From Vibrio vulnificus CMCP6 (GTDB taxonomy: Bacteria; Pseudomonadota; Gammaproteobacteria; Enterobacterales; Vibrionaceae): a stretch of 32,000 bases of DNA. The position numbers were made by a program, and so were the translations under genes. The stretch covers positions 1,590,001 to 1,622,000 of the forward strand of contig NC_004459.3 of NCBI RefSeq assembly GCF_000039765.1, written 5' to 3'. Positions 1-10,281 of this stretch are shown one piece after another. The notes below the pieces were generated by a model. That model saw only the letters and a program-made list of their open reading frames with translations, was not told the origin of the DNA and made no database searches. Position 1 is the stretch's first letter. The number at the start of each line of letters is the position of its first letter.

Positions 1-247
1 GCTTTTCTTCGCTATGGGCAAAGATACGCTGACGAAGTTGTCCACGATCGAGTTCGCCTTCACAAGTCAGAATATCAGCACCGAAATGGTCAACAATCGC
101 GGCCAGTCCCGCACTTCCGGGGGCAACTACCTGACGAGCGACAATGTCTGCGTCGACGATATCGATAGCAAAGTGTTGTTGAAAAAGATTGGCCACCGTT
201 GTTTTTCCGCTGGCGATACCACCAGTCAATCCAATCACTAAAGCCAT
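1..247 (-). CDS. coaE: Dephospho-CoA kinase, N-terminal part (truncated by window start)
   Basis: Reverse-complement translation from 247 reads MALVIGLTGGIASGKTTVANLFQQHFAIDIVDADIVARQVV..., with the P-loop GLTGGIASGKT and DADIVAR typical of CoaE. It sits directly after pilD, as usual in gammaproteobacteria. It is absent from the ORF track because it runs off the edge. Confidence 0.93.
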   Translation of the reverse strand, partial: MALVIGLTGGIASGKTTVANLFQQHFAIDIVDADIVARQVVAPGSAGLAAIVDHFGADILTCEGELDRGQLRQRIFAHSEEK

Positions 248-248
248 A

Positions 249-1118
249 TTACGCCCCTATAAGATAGTTGAGATACCAAGACATCAAGCTATCTCCCCAC
301 ATCAAGGCGACCCAACCAGCAATGGCCAGATAAGGCCCAAATGGAAAAGCCATCTCAATACCTTGCTTTTGCAATCTGAGTTGAATGAGACCAAAGATCA
401 GCCCGACAACCGAAGAAAGTAAGATGATCATCGGTAGATATTGCCAGCCGAGCCAAGCTCCAAGTGCCGCAAGCAATTTAAAGTCTCCGTAACCCATGCC
501 TTCTTTCCCTGTCAGCAATCTGAAAAGGTGATAAACGCTCCAAAGGCAGAGATAGCCTGCCATCGCACCGAACACTGAATCTTGCAGAGATACTGGGCTT
601 ATCTCTAGTAACGCTAGCGCGATGCCTGTCCACGTCAGCGGCAGTGTCAGTTGATCAGGCAGTAGCATGGTATCTAAGTCGATGAAGGTGGCGGCGATCA
701 ACACCAAAGTAAAACCAATCAGTGCTACGGTAATCGGTGCATAACCGAACTTCCAAGCGACTAGGCCGCACAAGAAGGCGCTCAGTGCTTCAACAAAAGG
801 ATAGCGAGCACTGATTTTCGTCTGGCAATGGTGACATTTTCCTCTTAGAGCTAGCCAACTAAAGACAGGAATATTATCTCGAACTCGTATTGGGGTATGG
901 CACGAAGGGCAACTTGAACGCGGCGTGCTTAATGTTAGGGTTTCTGTCGGTGGTGTGATGTTGTATTCAGGAAAGGACTCTGCACACTCTTGGCGCCATT
1001 CCAGTTCCATTATTTTCGGTAGACGGTAGATGACGACGTTAAGAAAGCTGCCTACCAGTAAGCCAAACAGGGAAGCTAAACCAATATAAAGCCAAGGGTA
1101 GTATTGTAACGCGTCCAT
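249..1118 (-). CDS. pilD: Type IV prepilin leader peptidase / N-methyltransferase
   Basis: ORF 249..1169. The likely start is the internal Met [25 protein letters not shown], the [15 protein letters not shown]...CHHC zinc motif, [11 protein letters not shown] and [16 protein letters not shown] are prepilin peptidase signatures. Confidence 0.95.
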
Positions 1119-1211
1119 ATAATCGTCGTTCTCTTTGTGGTGTGGGCAAAAATAGCTCAAGCAAGCCAATAGCTTGCTTGATATTACAAAAGGTAAACTG
1201 CGAGGGTTATC

Positions 1212-2438
1212 TTATCCCAGAACACTCATTAAATTAAAGATCGGCAAGTACATTGCGGTGACCAATCCGCCGACGACAACGCCCAGAAAGACGATGATCA
1301 ACGGCTCGAGAATTTTACCGAGGTTGTCGACGGTGTTATCCACTTCAAACTCATAGATGGTGGCAATCTTGTTCAGCATATCGTCCATTTGGCCAGATTC
1401 TTCACCAATCATCACCATTTGCAGCACCAATTCTGGGAAAGCAAGGCTGTTGCGCATGGCGATGTACATTGGCATCCCGGCAGCGGTGTCACGATAAACA
1501 TCTTCAATCGCATATTGGTAATGTAGATTGCCAGCGGTTTTACTGGTGGTTTTTAAACTGGTGAGGATCGGGATACCTGCACTGAAACTGGTGGCCAATG
1601 TGCGGCTAAATTTGGCAATCGCCGCTTTGGATAAGACCCCACCAATCACAGGGATCTTTAAACTCAAGCGTGACATTTTTAAGCGAAATGCGGGTGATTT
1701 TTTGCTTAGACCGCGAAGTAAATAGATAGCGCTGAACAACGTAATGAAAAACCAACTGCTGTAGGCTTGCACAAAATCAGACAGGTCTAAGACTTTTTGC
1801 GTAAACCAAGGCAGTTCTGCGCCGAATCCGGTGAACATTTTGCGAAACTCGGGAATAACCTTGGTCAGCATTAAATAAGAGACGCCCAACGCGACCAGCA
1901 CGACCATGCAGGGATAAATTAGCGCCTTGATCACTTTTGCTCGCAACTGCTCATTTTTTTCCCGATAAAAAGCGAGACGTTCAAAAACTTGATCAAGATT
2001 ACCCGATTGTTCACCAGTGGCGACTAAGTCAACATAAATGCCATCGAATTGTGGGCTGGCACTGCGAAGCGCTTTGGATAACGGCGTGCCCGCTTCAACG
2101 GCTTTGCTCACATTGGCTAAAATCGACTTCATCTCGGCTTTGCGATGGTTGTCAGCAACCAATTTAAGTGATTGGAGAATAGGGACACCAGTGGTCAGCA
2201 TGGTGGCGAGTTGGCGGGTAAGCAGTGTGATGTCTTTGCCTTTGACTTTATGGCTTAACCTCGTGAAAACTGACACACTGGATTTTTTGATCTTTTTGAT
2301 CTGGATATGCTGCATTTTCAGCTTATCACGCACTTCAAGCTCGGTGAGCGCCAGCGTGTTGCCGGAAACTTTTTTTCCAGCTCCGTTAATCCCTTTCCAT
2401 TGATAGTTTTTGATTTGTGAATGGGTTTTAAGCTTCAT
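1212..2438 (-). CDS. pilC: Type IV pilus inner-membrane platform protein
   Basis: 408 aa with GspF/PilC features: [22 protein letters not shown]..., [53 protein letters not shown]. Confidence 0.95.
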   Translation of the reverse strand: MKLKTHSQIKNYQWKGINGAGKKVSGNTLALTELEVRDKLKMQHIQIKKIKKSSVSVFTRLSHKVKGKDITLLTRQLATMLTTGVPILQSLKLVADNHRKAEMKSILANVSKAVEAGTPLSKALRSASPQFDGIYVDLVATGEQSGNLDQVFERLAFYREKNEQLRAKVIKALIYPCMVVLVALGVSYLMLTKVIPEFRKMFTGFGAELPWFTQKVLDLSDFVQAYSSWFFITLFSAIYLLRGLSKKSPAFRLKMSRLSLKIPVIGGVLSKAAIAKFSRTLATSFSAGIPILTSLKTTSKTAGNLHYQYAIEDVYRDTAAGMPMYIAMRNSLAFPELVLQMVMIGEESGQMDDMLNKIATIYEFEVDNTVDNLGKILEPLIIVFLGVVVGGLVTAMYLPIFNLMSVLG

Positions 2439-2485
2439 ATCGCTTCCTTCAGTGCGATGAGTATCGAAAAAACAAACTATAAAAA

Positions 2486-4174
2486 TTACAAATAGAGGAC
2501 GCGTTGCAGCTCTTCTAAGCTGGTGATGCCCTGTTTGAGTTTTTCAAGGCCGGAATCTTTGAGTGTCATCATGCCTTTTTGCCGAGCAAGCATCTCCAAG
2601 CTTTGTACCGAGGCGCCTTTAACGATCGCCTCTGCAAGCTGCTCATCAAAAGGCATGACTTCGTATATACCGACACGACCGGAATAACCATGAGTACAAT
2701 GATGGCAACCCTGTTTATCAGCTTGATAAATCAAGTCGTCAGCTTTTAGACCGAGTAACTCAAATGTTGCGTTGTATGGATGAGGTTGCTTGCAATGGCT
2801 GCATAACCGACGAGCCAGACGCTGAGCAATGATCAAACTCAAGGATGAAGCTAAGTTAAAGCTGGCGATCCCCATGTTAGATAGACGAACAATGGTTTCA
2901 GCAGCCGAGTTGGTATGTAAGGTGGATAGTACAAGGTGGCCGGTTTGGGCTGCTTTGACGGCGATCTCGGCGGTTTCCAAATCTCGAATTTCCCCCACCA
3001 TGACGATATCTGGGTCTTGACGGAGAAAAGAACGCAATGCTTCTGCAAAACCAAAACCAATTTTGGGTTTCACTTGCACTTGGTTGATTCCCGGGAGGTT
3101 AATCTCGACTGGGTCTTCCGCAGTGGATATATTCACTTCTGGCCGGTTAAGTAAACTCAAGCCTGTGTACAGAGAAACGGTTTTACCGCTTCCTGTTGGG
3201 CCTGTCATCAAAATCATTCCTTGCGGTTTGCGCAGGGCATCGAGGTAGAGCTGCTTTTGTTGCGGGTTGTAGCCTAACTTATCAATATCCAAGCTACTGC
3301 TCGAGCTGTCGAGAAGTCGCAACACAATTTTTTCACCAAACAGTGTGGGTAAGGTGGAAACACGCATATCAATCGCGGTTTCTTGGTTAAGGCGCAGCTT
3401 AATCCGTCCATCTTGTGGCAGACGCCTTTCCGCAATATCCAACTTAGAGAGGATCTTGATCCTCGCGGATAAACGGCGGCTTAAATGGCTTGGGGGCTGC
3501 TGCACTTCCACCAAAATACCATCGCAACGCAATCGCACGCGGTATTGGTTTTCGTACGGTTCAAAATGAATATCAGATGCGCCTTTGCGTACCGCATCCA
3601 GCAGGATTTGGTTGATAAAGCGGCTAACGGGGGATTCATCTTGGCTTAAGTCTTCAATTGACTCGACTTCGTCATCTGAAACCTCGACCAAATTCGCCAG
3701 CTCATCTTGGTGAATCTCTTTTAACCCAGAGCTTTGGCTCTGTTTGATGCTCTTTCCATAGAGTCTACGAATTGCCGCTTGCAGTTCTTGGCAATCGGCT
3801 AAAACAATCTCCACTTGCACGCCTGTGGCAAAACGGAAATCATCTTCAGCTTGAATATTGGTAGGGTCTGCAACCGCGAGTATTAAACCAGCGTTGCTTT
3901 TTTGCAGTGGCAGCGCTTGGTGACGGGTGATTAGCTCACGTAATCCAAGTTGATTACACAGCTCTTGGTAGTCATATTGGTTGAGGTCAGTGCGTGGTAA
4001 GCCAAAAATCGCGCTTAGCTGCTCGGTTAATTCATCCGGCTGGAAAAATCCCAGTCGCAACAAAGCTTCCGGTGCTGTCACACCAGAAGCTTGTATTGTC
4101 TCTCGACACGCTTGTTCTTGCGTTAGGCTAAGCTGATTGGCCTGACGCAGAATAGTGGAGAGATTCGACATCAT
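2486..4174 (-). CDS. pilB: Type IV pilus assembly ATPase
   Basis: GspE/PilB family: Walker [18 protein letters not shown], Walker B-type [38 protein letters not shown], and the tetracysteine CSHCKQPH...CHHC. The start is either Met of [11 protein letters not shown] (4174 or 4171). Confidence 0.95.
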   Translation of the reverse strand: MMSNLSTILRQANQLSLTQEQACRETIQASGVTAPEALLRLGFFQPDELTEQLSAIFGLPRTDLNQYDYQELCNQLGLRELITRHQALPLQKSNAGLILAVADPTNIQAEDDFRFATGVQVEIVLADCQELQAAIRRLYGKSIKQSQSSGLKEIHQDELANLVEVSDDEVESIEDLSQDESPVSRFINQILLDAVRKGASDIHFEPYENQYRVRLRCDGILVEVQQPPSHLSRRLSARIKILSKLDIAERRLPQDGRIKLRLNQETAIDMRVSTLPTLFGEKIVLRLLDSSSSSLDIDKLGYNPQQKQLYLDALRKPQGMILMTGPTGSGKTVSLYTGLSLLNRPEVNISTAEDPVEINLPGINQVQVKPKIGFGFAEALRSFLRQDPDIVMVGEIRDLETAEIAVKAAQTGHLVLSTLHTNSAAETIVRLSNMGIASFNLASSLSLIIAQRLARRLCSHCKQPHPYNATFELLGLKADDLIYQADKQGCHHCTHGYSGRVGIYEVMPFDEQLAEAIVKGASVQSLEMLARQKGMMTLKDSGLEKLKQGITSLEELQRVLYL

Positions 4175-4620
4175 TAATAAGTGGCAGTACAACTATTTGG
4201 ACGAGAATCTGCAGGTACATTTTTTGTCGCACAGCTCCAACCAGTAGTGTTGTTTTTCGAGTACTGGACTGAGGCAGTTTTGCCTTTGAGTGTACCTTCG
4301 GTAAAGGCAAAAGTTGCTGTTCCACCACTAGTACCAACTGGCAACAGTGTTATGGTACCAAGAGCATTCATTGTTGAAGTGCCGCCAACTAAATTGGCAT
4401 TGTTTGGAAAAGTTCCGCCATTTTCTTGCTGATACATATCAATGTTTGTTAGTAATCCTCTTACTGTTGCTGATGCCGATGCAACTTCAGTTTTTTGAAC
4501 GTAATTCTGATACGCTGGAATAGCAACAGCAGCCAATACACCAATAATCGCCACCACTATCATTAACTCAATCAAGGTAAAACCTTGTTGTTTCTTGGTT
4601 TTGTTCAATTTCTTCATCAT
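4174..4620 (-). CDS. pilA: Type IV major pilin precursor
   Basis: The ORF contains [13 protein letters not shown]|[33 protein letters not shown], a class IV pilin signal with a G/F cleavage site. A C-terminal cysteine pair ([22 protein letters not shown]) is consistent with a disulfide loop. Confidence 0.95.
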   Translation of the reverse strand: MMKKLNKTKKQQGFTLIELMIVVAIIGVLAAVAIPAYQNYVQKTEVASASATVRGLLTNIDMYQQENGGTFPNNANLVGGTSTMNALGTITLLPVGTSGGTATFAFTEGTLKGKTASVQYSKNNTTGWSCATKNVPADSRPNSCTATY

Positions 4621-4796
4621 GATTTCCTTTAATCTATCAAATTCGCTCCGCGAGCTTGCGGCTAGATTATGCAAGGAGTAGACGAGTGGAAATCACACCA
4701 AGAGCATCACTCGAGTGATTTAAAATTCTTTGCGCTTTATTTACATCTGGTTACTTACAAGATGCGATGCTGCCCCAAAATTTCGCAGCTCAAATA

Positions 4797-4823
4797 AAAA
4801 CGGGAGCCTGAAGCTCCCGTTTT
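4797..4823 (-). terminator. Intrinsic terminator downstream of nadC
   Basis: AAAACGGGAGC-ctgaa-GCTCCCGTTTT. On the - strand it is followed by a T-rich tract (TTTTTATTTG). Confidence 0.8.
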
Positions 4824-4839
4824 GTGATCTGGTCGGTAT

Positions 4840-5793
<954 letters not shown>

Positions 5794-5819
5794 TTAATTG
5801 ACAAGCCCATGGAGATGAT

Positions 5820-6392
5820 ATGCAAGCTGTGATCACGCAAGGATGGTTGGAGGGCGTTAAGCGAGTTTCATCGCCGTTTTTTGATGCGAGACCTCAAGGA
5901 AAGCCAATTTCTCTGCTGGTGGTGCACAATATTAGCCTGCCTCCTGGTCAATTCGGTGGCCGCTATATAGAGGACTTTTTTCAAGGCCAGCTTGACCCAA
6001 GCGAGCATCCTTTTTTCCAAGTGATTCATCAGATGCGCGTCTCGGCTCACTGCTTGATTAAAAGAGATGGGGAAGTGGTGCAGTTTGTCTCTTTTGATGA
6101 TCGCGCTTGGCATGCTGGTGCATCCAGCTTTGCAGGGGTTGAGCGTTGCAATGACTATTCGATAGGTATTGAGCTTGAGGGCAGTGATTTTGTCGCTTAT
6201 ACCGAAGCGCAGTATCAAGCGTTAAGCGAGCTCAGCAAAACCTTAATGCGCCAATATCCGCACATCACCCTTCCTCGAATTACTGGCCACCAATACATTG
6301 CACCGCTGAGAAAAACTGATCCCGGTTTAAGTTTTGACTGGCGTTATTATCGAACTTTACTTTCTCAAAATGGGGCGGTTGCAAAAATGTAA
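5820..6392 (+). CDS. ampD: 1,6-anhydro-N-acetylmuramyl-L-alanine amidase
   Basis: VVHNISLPPGQFGGRYIEDFFQGQLDPSEHPFF, RVSAHCLIKRDGEVVQFVSFDDRAWHAGAS, ITGHQYIAPLRKTDPGLSFDW. Divergent from nadC, as in Enterobacteria. Confidence 0.95.
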   Translation: MQAVITQGWLEGVKRVSSPFFDARPQGKPISLLVVHNISLPPGQFGGRYIEDFFQGQLDPSEHPFFQVIHQMRVSAHCLIKRDGEVVQFVSFDDRAWHAGASSFAGVERCNDYSIGIELEGSDFVAYTEAQYQALSELSKTLMRQYPHITLPRITGHQYIAPLRKTDPGLSFDWRYYRTLLSQNGAVAKM

Positions 6393-6417
6393 ACCAATCG
6401 CAAGGTTGTCACAAAAG

Positions 6418-6444
6418 GGTAAGCATCATGGCTTACCTTTTTTT
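6418..6444 (+). terminator. Intrinsic terminator after ampD
   Basis: GGTAAGC-atcatg-GCTTACC followed by an uninterrupted T run. Confidence 0.75.
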
Positions 6445-6597
6445 ATATCGAAAATTATTTCGTCTTGTTAAAAGTTAACTACGTTTAATCATGGGGTAAG
6501 CGACTTGAGGGGCAAATGAGGCAAAATATTTTGTCTTTTTTTGTTTTTCTTTCACCGTTTTGCTAGCACGCCCTTTCCCCATCTGTTTACTATTTGT

Positions 6598-6614
6598 AAT
6601 TGGTAAGACCAATT
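6598..6614. promoter_or_regulatory. PdhR-type operator (distal)
   Basis: AATTGGTAAGACCAATT, a perfect 7-bp inverted repeat with 3-nt spacer. It is identical in form to the published PdhR consensus AATTGGTnnnACCAATT. Confidence 0.8.
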
Positions 6615-6735
6615 CTATTGCCGTTTTAATGAACGAATGTTAGCAAAGTGTTGAAGCGTGAGCTGTTCTATGATTTAGGTCAATTTTTGGCTGGACAGTT
6701 GCGTTTTAATTATGTTAATTTCTGCACCAACTTAG

Positions 6736-6752
6736 AATTGGTATTACCAATT
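6736..6752. promoter_or_regulatory. PdhR-type operator (proximal to pdhR)
   Basis: AATTGGTATTACCAATT, a perfect inverted repeat ending 28 bp before the pdhR start codon. Confidence 0.85.
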
Positions 6753-6780
6753 AACAGCAAAGAGAAAAAGAATAATAAAT

Positions 6781-7548
6781 ATGGCTTATCAAAGGATTCG
6801 TCAGCCGAAACTTTCTGATGTGATTGAACAAGAGTTGGAAAGATTGATCGTCGAGGGAATATTGGCACCGGGGCAACAATTGCCACCAGAACGCGAACTG
6901 GCCAAACAGTTCGAGGTGTCTCGTCCTTCTGTACGTGAAGCAATTCAACGCTTGGAAGCCAAACGTCTGCTTACTCGTCGTCAAGGCGGTGGCACGTTTG
7001 TCAGTGAGAACATTTGGAAAAGTTTCTCTGATCCTCTGCTAAATTTATTATCCAGCCACTCTGAAACACAGCTTGATTTACTTGAATCGCGCCATGCGAT
7101 GGAAGGTATTTCTGCGTATTTCGCTGCATTGCGTGGTACCGAGCAAGACTTTGCCCGCATTCAGGCTTGCCTGGAAAAGATTAGCGCAGAGCAGACAAAA
7201 CAGAATGTAGAAGCGGAAGCGGCCGCGGTGATGGCGTTTTTGGTTGCATTAACCGAAGCCTCGCACAACGTCGTGCTGCTGCATATTGTTCGTAGTCTCT
7301 CGCCGTTACTGGAGCAAAATGTCTTACAGAATCTGAAATTACTGCACCGCCGCGCTGAAGTGGTGGAAAAAGTCAGTAAACATCGGGCTAATATTGTGGA
7401 TGCGATTGTTTCTGGTCAGCCAGAAAAGGCGCGTGAAATGTCCCATTCGCATTTAGCGTACATCGAAGAAACATTGTTGGATTTGACTCGTGAAGAGTCA
7501 CGTAGAGAACGCTCTTTACGTCGAATTCAACGAGGTAATGAGTCTTAA
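6781..7548 (+). CDS. pdhR: Pyruvate dehydrogenase complex transcriptional repressor (GntR/FadR family)
   Basis: [74 protein letters not shown] is a FadR-type wHTH. It lies directly upstream of aceEF-lpd. Confidence 0.96.
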   Translation: MAYQRIRQPKLSDVIEQELERLIVEGILAPGQQLPPERELAKQFEVSRPSVREAIQRLEAKRLLTRRQGGGTFVSENIWKSFSDPLLNLLSSHSETQLDLLESRHAMEGISAYFAALRGTEQDFARIQACLEKISAEQTKQNVEAEAAAVMAFLVALTEASHNVVLLHIVRSLSPLLEQNVLQNLKLLHRRAEVVEKVSKHRANIVDAIVSGQPEKAREMSHSHLAYIEETLLDLTREESRRERSLRRIQRGNES

Positions 7549-7601
7549 TCGGACTCATTGCAAGTTTAACGTAGATCCAACCAACAGAAGGATAGATCGC
7601 C

Positions 7602-10262
7602 ATGTCTGATATGAAGCATGACGTAGACGCACTTGAAACTCAAGAATGGTTACAAGCACTTGAGTCAGTAGTTCGTGAAGAAGGTGTAGAACGTGCACAG
7701 TACCTATTAGAGCAAGTTCTAGACAAAGCTCGCCTAGATGGCGTTGATATGCCGACTGGCATCACAACCAACTACATCAACACGATTCCAGCGAACCAAG
7801 AACCAGCTTACCCTGGTGATACTACGCTTGAGCGTCGAATCCGTTCCATCATCCGTTGGAACGCAATCATGATCGTTCTACGTGCTTCTAAGAAAGACCT
7901 AGAGCTAGGCGGCCACATGGCGTCTTTCCAGTCTTCTGCAGCATTCTACGAAACCTGTTTCAACCACTTCTTCCGTGCTCCAAACGAGAAAGATGGTGGC
8001 GATTTGGTTTACTACCAAGGCCATATTTCTCCAGGGATCTACGCACGTGCTTTCGTTGAAGGTCGTCTAACGGCTGAGCAACTAGACAACTTCCGTCAAG
8101 AAGTGGACGGCAAAGGTATCCCATCATACCCGCACCCTAAACTAATGCCTGAGTTCTGGCAGTTCCCAACCGTATCTATGGGTCTAGGTCCGATTTCTGC
8201 GATCTACCAAGCGCGCTTCCTGAAGTACCTTGAAGGCCGTGGCATGAAGGATACCTCTGAGCAGCGTGTATACGCGTTCCTAGGTGACGGTGAGATGGAT
8301 GAGCCAGAATCACGTGGTGCTATCTCTTTCGCTGCGCGTGAAAAACTAGACAACCTATGTTTCCTAATCAACTGTAACCTACAGCGTCTAGACGGTCCTG
8401 TTATGGGTAACGGTAAGATCATTCAAGAACTTGAAGGTCTGTTCAAAGGTGCTGGTTGGAACGTAGTGAAGGTTATCTGGGGTAACAACTGGGATTCACT
8501 ACTAGCAAAAGACACCACGGGTAAGCTTCTTCAACTGATGAACGAAACCATCGATGGTGACTACCAAACATTCAAATCGAAAGATGGCGCGTACGTACGT
8601 GAGCACTTCTTTGGTAAGTACCCTGAAACTGCAGCGCTCGTTGCAGACATGACTGACGATGAAATCTTCGCACTTAAGCGTGGTGGTCACGAGTCTTCTA
8701 AACTGTACGCTGCATTCAAAAATGCACAAGACACCAAAGGTCGTCCAACGGTTATCCTAGCGAAAACGGTTAAAGGTTACGGCATGGGTGAAGCGGCAGA
8801 AGGTAAGAACATCGCGCACCAAGTTAAGAAGATGGATATGACTCACGTGCTACATCTACGTGATCGCCTAGGTCTTCAAGACATCCTAACTGACGAAGCA
8901 GTGAAAGAACTTCCATACCTAACTTTGGAAGAAGGTTCGAAAGAATACGAATACCTACACGCTCGTCGTAAAGCACTGAAAGGTTACACGCCGCAGCGTC
9001 TACCTAACTTTACCCAAGAGCTTGTTATTCCAGCTGTTGAGGAGTTCCAACCTCTGCTAGAAGAGCAGAAGCGTGACATCTCTACAACTATGGCGTTTGT
9101 ACGTACTCTAAACGTACTGCTTAAAGATAAGAACATCGGTAAGAACATTGTTCCTATCATTGCCGATGAAGCACGTACATTCGGTATGGAAGGTCTGTTC
9201 CGTCAAATCGGTATTTACAACCCGCACGGCCAGAACTACACGCCACAAGACCGTGACATCGTTTCTTACTACAAAGAAGCAACGTCAGGTCAGGTACTGC
9301 AAGAAGGTATCAATGAGCTAGGTGCTATGTCTTCATGGGTTGCGGCGGCAACGTCATACTCGACCAATGACCTACCAATGATCCCGTTCTACATCTACTA
9401 CTCTATGTTCGGTTTCCAACGTGTTGGCGACATGGCATGGATGGCGGGTGACCAACAAGCTCGTGGTTTCCTACTTGGTGCAACTGCAGGTCGTACAACG
9501 CTAAACGGTGAAGGTCTACAACACGAAGACGGTCACTCACACATCATGGCAGGTACTGTACCGAACTGTATCTCTTACGACCCAACATTCGCTTACGAAG
9601 TTGCAGTTATCCTACAAGACGGTATCCGTCGTATGTATGGTGATCAAGAGAACGTGTTCTACTACCTAACTCTGATGAACGAGAACTACGCAATGCCAGC
9701 AATGCCAGAAGGCGCTGAAGAAGGCATTCGTAAGGGTATCTACAAGCTAGAAACTTACACGGGTTCGAAAGGTAAAGTTCAGCTGTTGAGCTCTGGTACT
9801 ATCATGAACGAAGTGCGTAAAGCGGCTCAAATCCTAAGCGATGAGTACGGCATTGCGTCAGACGTTTACTCTGTAACGTCGTTCAATGAAGTGACTCGTG
9901 ATGGTCAAGCGTGCGAGCGTTACAACATGCTTCACCCAGAAGCAGAAGCGCAAGTACCTTACATCCAAACAGTAATGGGTACTGAGCCTGCAATCGCGGC
10001 GACTGACTACATGAAGAACTACGCAGAGCAGGTTCGTGCATTCATTCCTGCTGAGTCTTACAAAGTGCTGGGTACTGACGGCTTTGGTCGTTCAGACAGC
10101 CGTGAAAACCTACGTCGTCACTTCGAAGTGAACGCAGGTTACGTGGTTGTTGCAGCGCTAACTGAACTGGCGAAACGTGGTGACGTTGAGAAATCTGTGA
10201 TTGCAGAAGCAATTAAGAAGTTCGACATCGACACTGAAAAAACTAACCCGCTATACGCTTAA
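7602..10262 (+). CDS. aceE: Pyruvate dehydrogenase E1 component, homodimeric type
   Basis: 886 aa with the thiamine-PP motif GDGEMDEPESRGAISFAAREKLDNLCFLINCN; TTLNGEGLQHEDGHSH; GTDGFGRSDSRENLRRHFEV. Confidence 0.98.
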   Translation: MSDMKHDVDALETQEWLQALESVVREEGVERAQYLLEQVLDKARLDGVDMPTGITTNYINTIPANQEPAYPGDTTLERRIRSIIRWNAIMIVLRASKKDLELGGHMASFQSSAAFYETCFNHFFRAPNEKDGGDLVYYQGHISPGIYARAFVEGRLTAEQLDNFRQEVDGKGIPSYPHPKLMPEFWQFPTVSMGLGPISAIYQARFLKYLEGRGMKDTSEQRVYAFLGDGEMDEPESRGAISFAAREKLDNLCFLINCNLQRLDGPVMGNGKIIQELEGLFKGAGWNVVKVIWGNNWDSLLAKDTTGKLLQLMNETIDGDYQTFKSKDGAYVREHFFGKYPETAALVADMTDDEIFALKRGGHESSKLYAAFKNAQDTKGRPTVILAKTVKGYGMGEAAEGKNIAHQVKKMDMTHVLHLRDRLGLQDILTDEAVKELPYLTLEEGSKEYEYLHARRKALKGYTPQRLPNFTQELVIPAVEEFQPLLEEQKRDISTTMAFVRTLNVLLKDKNIGKNIVPIIADEARTFGMEGLFRQIGIYNPHGQNYTPQDRDIVSYYKEATSGQVLQEGINELGAMSSWVAAATSYSTNDLPMIPFYIYYSMFGFQRVGDMAWMAGDQQARGFLLGATAGRTTLNGEGLQHEDGHSHIMAGTVPNCISYDPTFAYEVAVILQDGIRRMYGDQENVFYYLTLMNENYAMPAMPEGAEEGIRKGIYKLETYTGSKGKVQLLSSGTIMNEVRKAAQILSDEYGIASDVYSVTSFNEVTRDGQACERYNMLHPEAEAQVPYIQTVMGTEPAIAATDYMKNYAEQVRAFIPAESYKVLGTDGFGRSDSRENLRRHFEVNAGYVVVAALTELAKRGDVEKSVIAEAIKKFDIDTEKTNPLYA

Positions 10263-10281
10263 TTGAAGGTAGGAAAGAATA

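Noticed and set aside
2829-3569. Cluster of small + strand ORFs (61-74 aa) opposite pilB
   Set aside because: All lie within the conserved pilB ATPase core and have no homology-like motifs. Typical of shadow ORFs.
6703-6720. ArcA-box-like direct repeat TTTTAATTA/TGTTAATTT upstream of pdhR
   Set aside because: The repeat spacing is about 9 bp rather than the usual 10-11 bp, and such A/T-rich motifs are common in Vibrio intergenic DNA. Insufficient without a weight-matrix score.
8204-8729. Antisense ORFs of 72-75 aa opposite aceE (8204-8422, 8502-8729)
   Set aside because: Contained within a strongly biased, highly conserved aceE CDS, with no plausible domain or independent ribosome-binding context.
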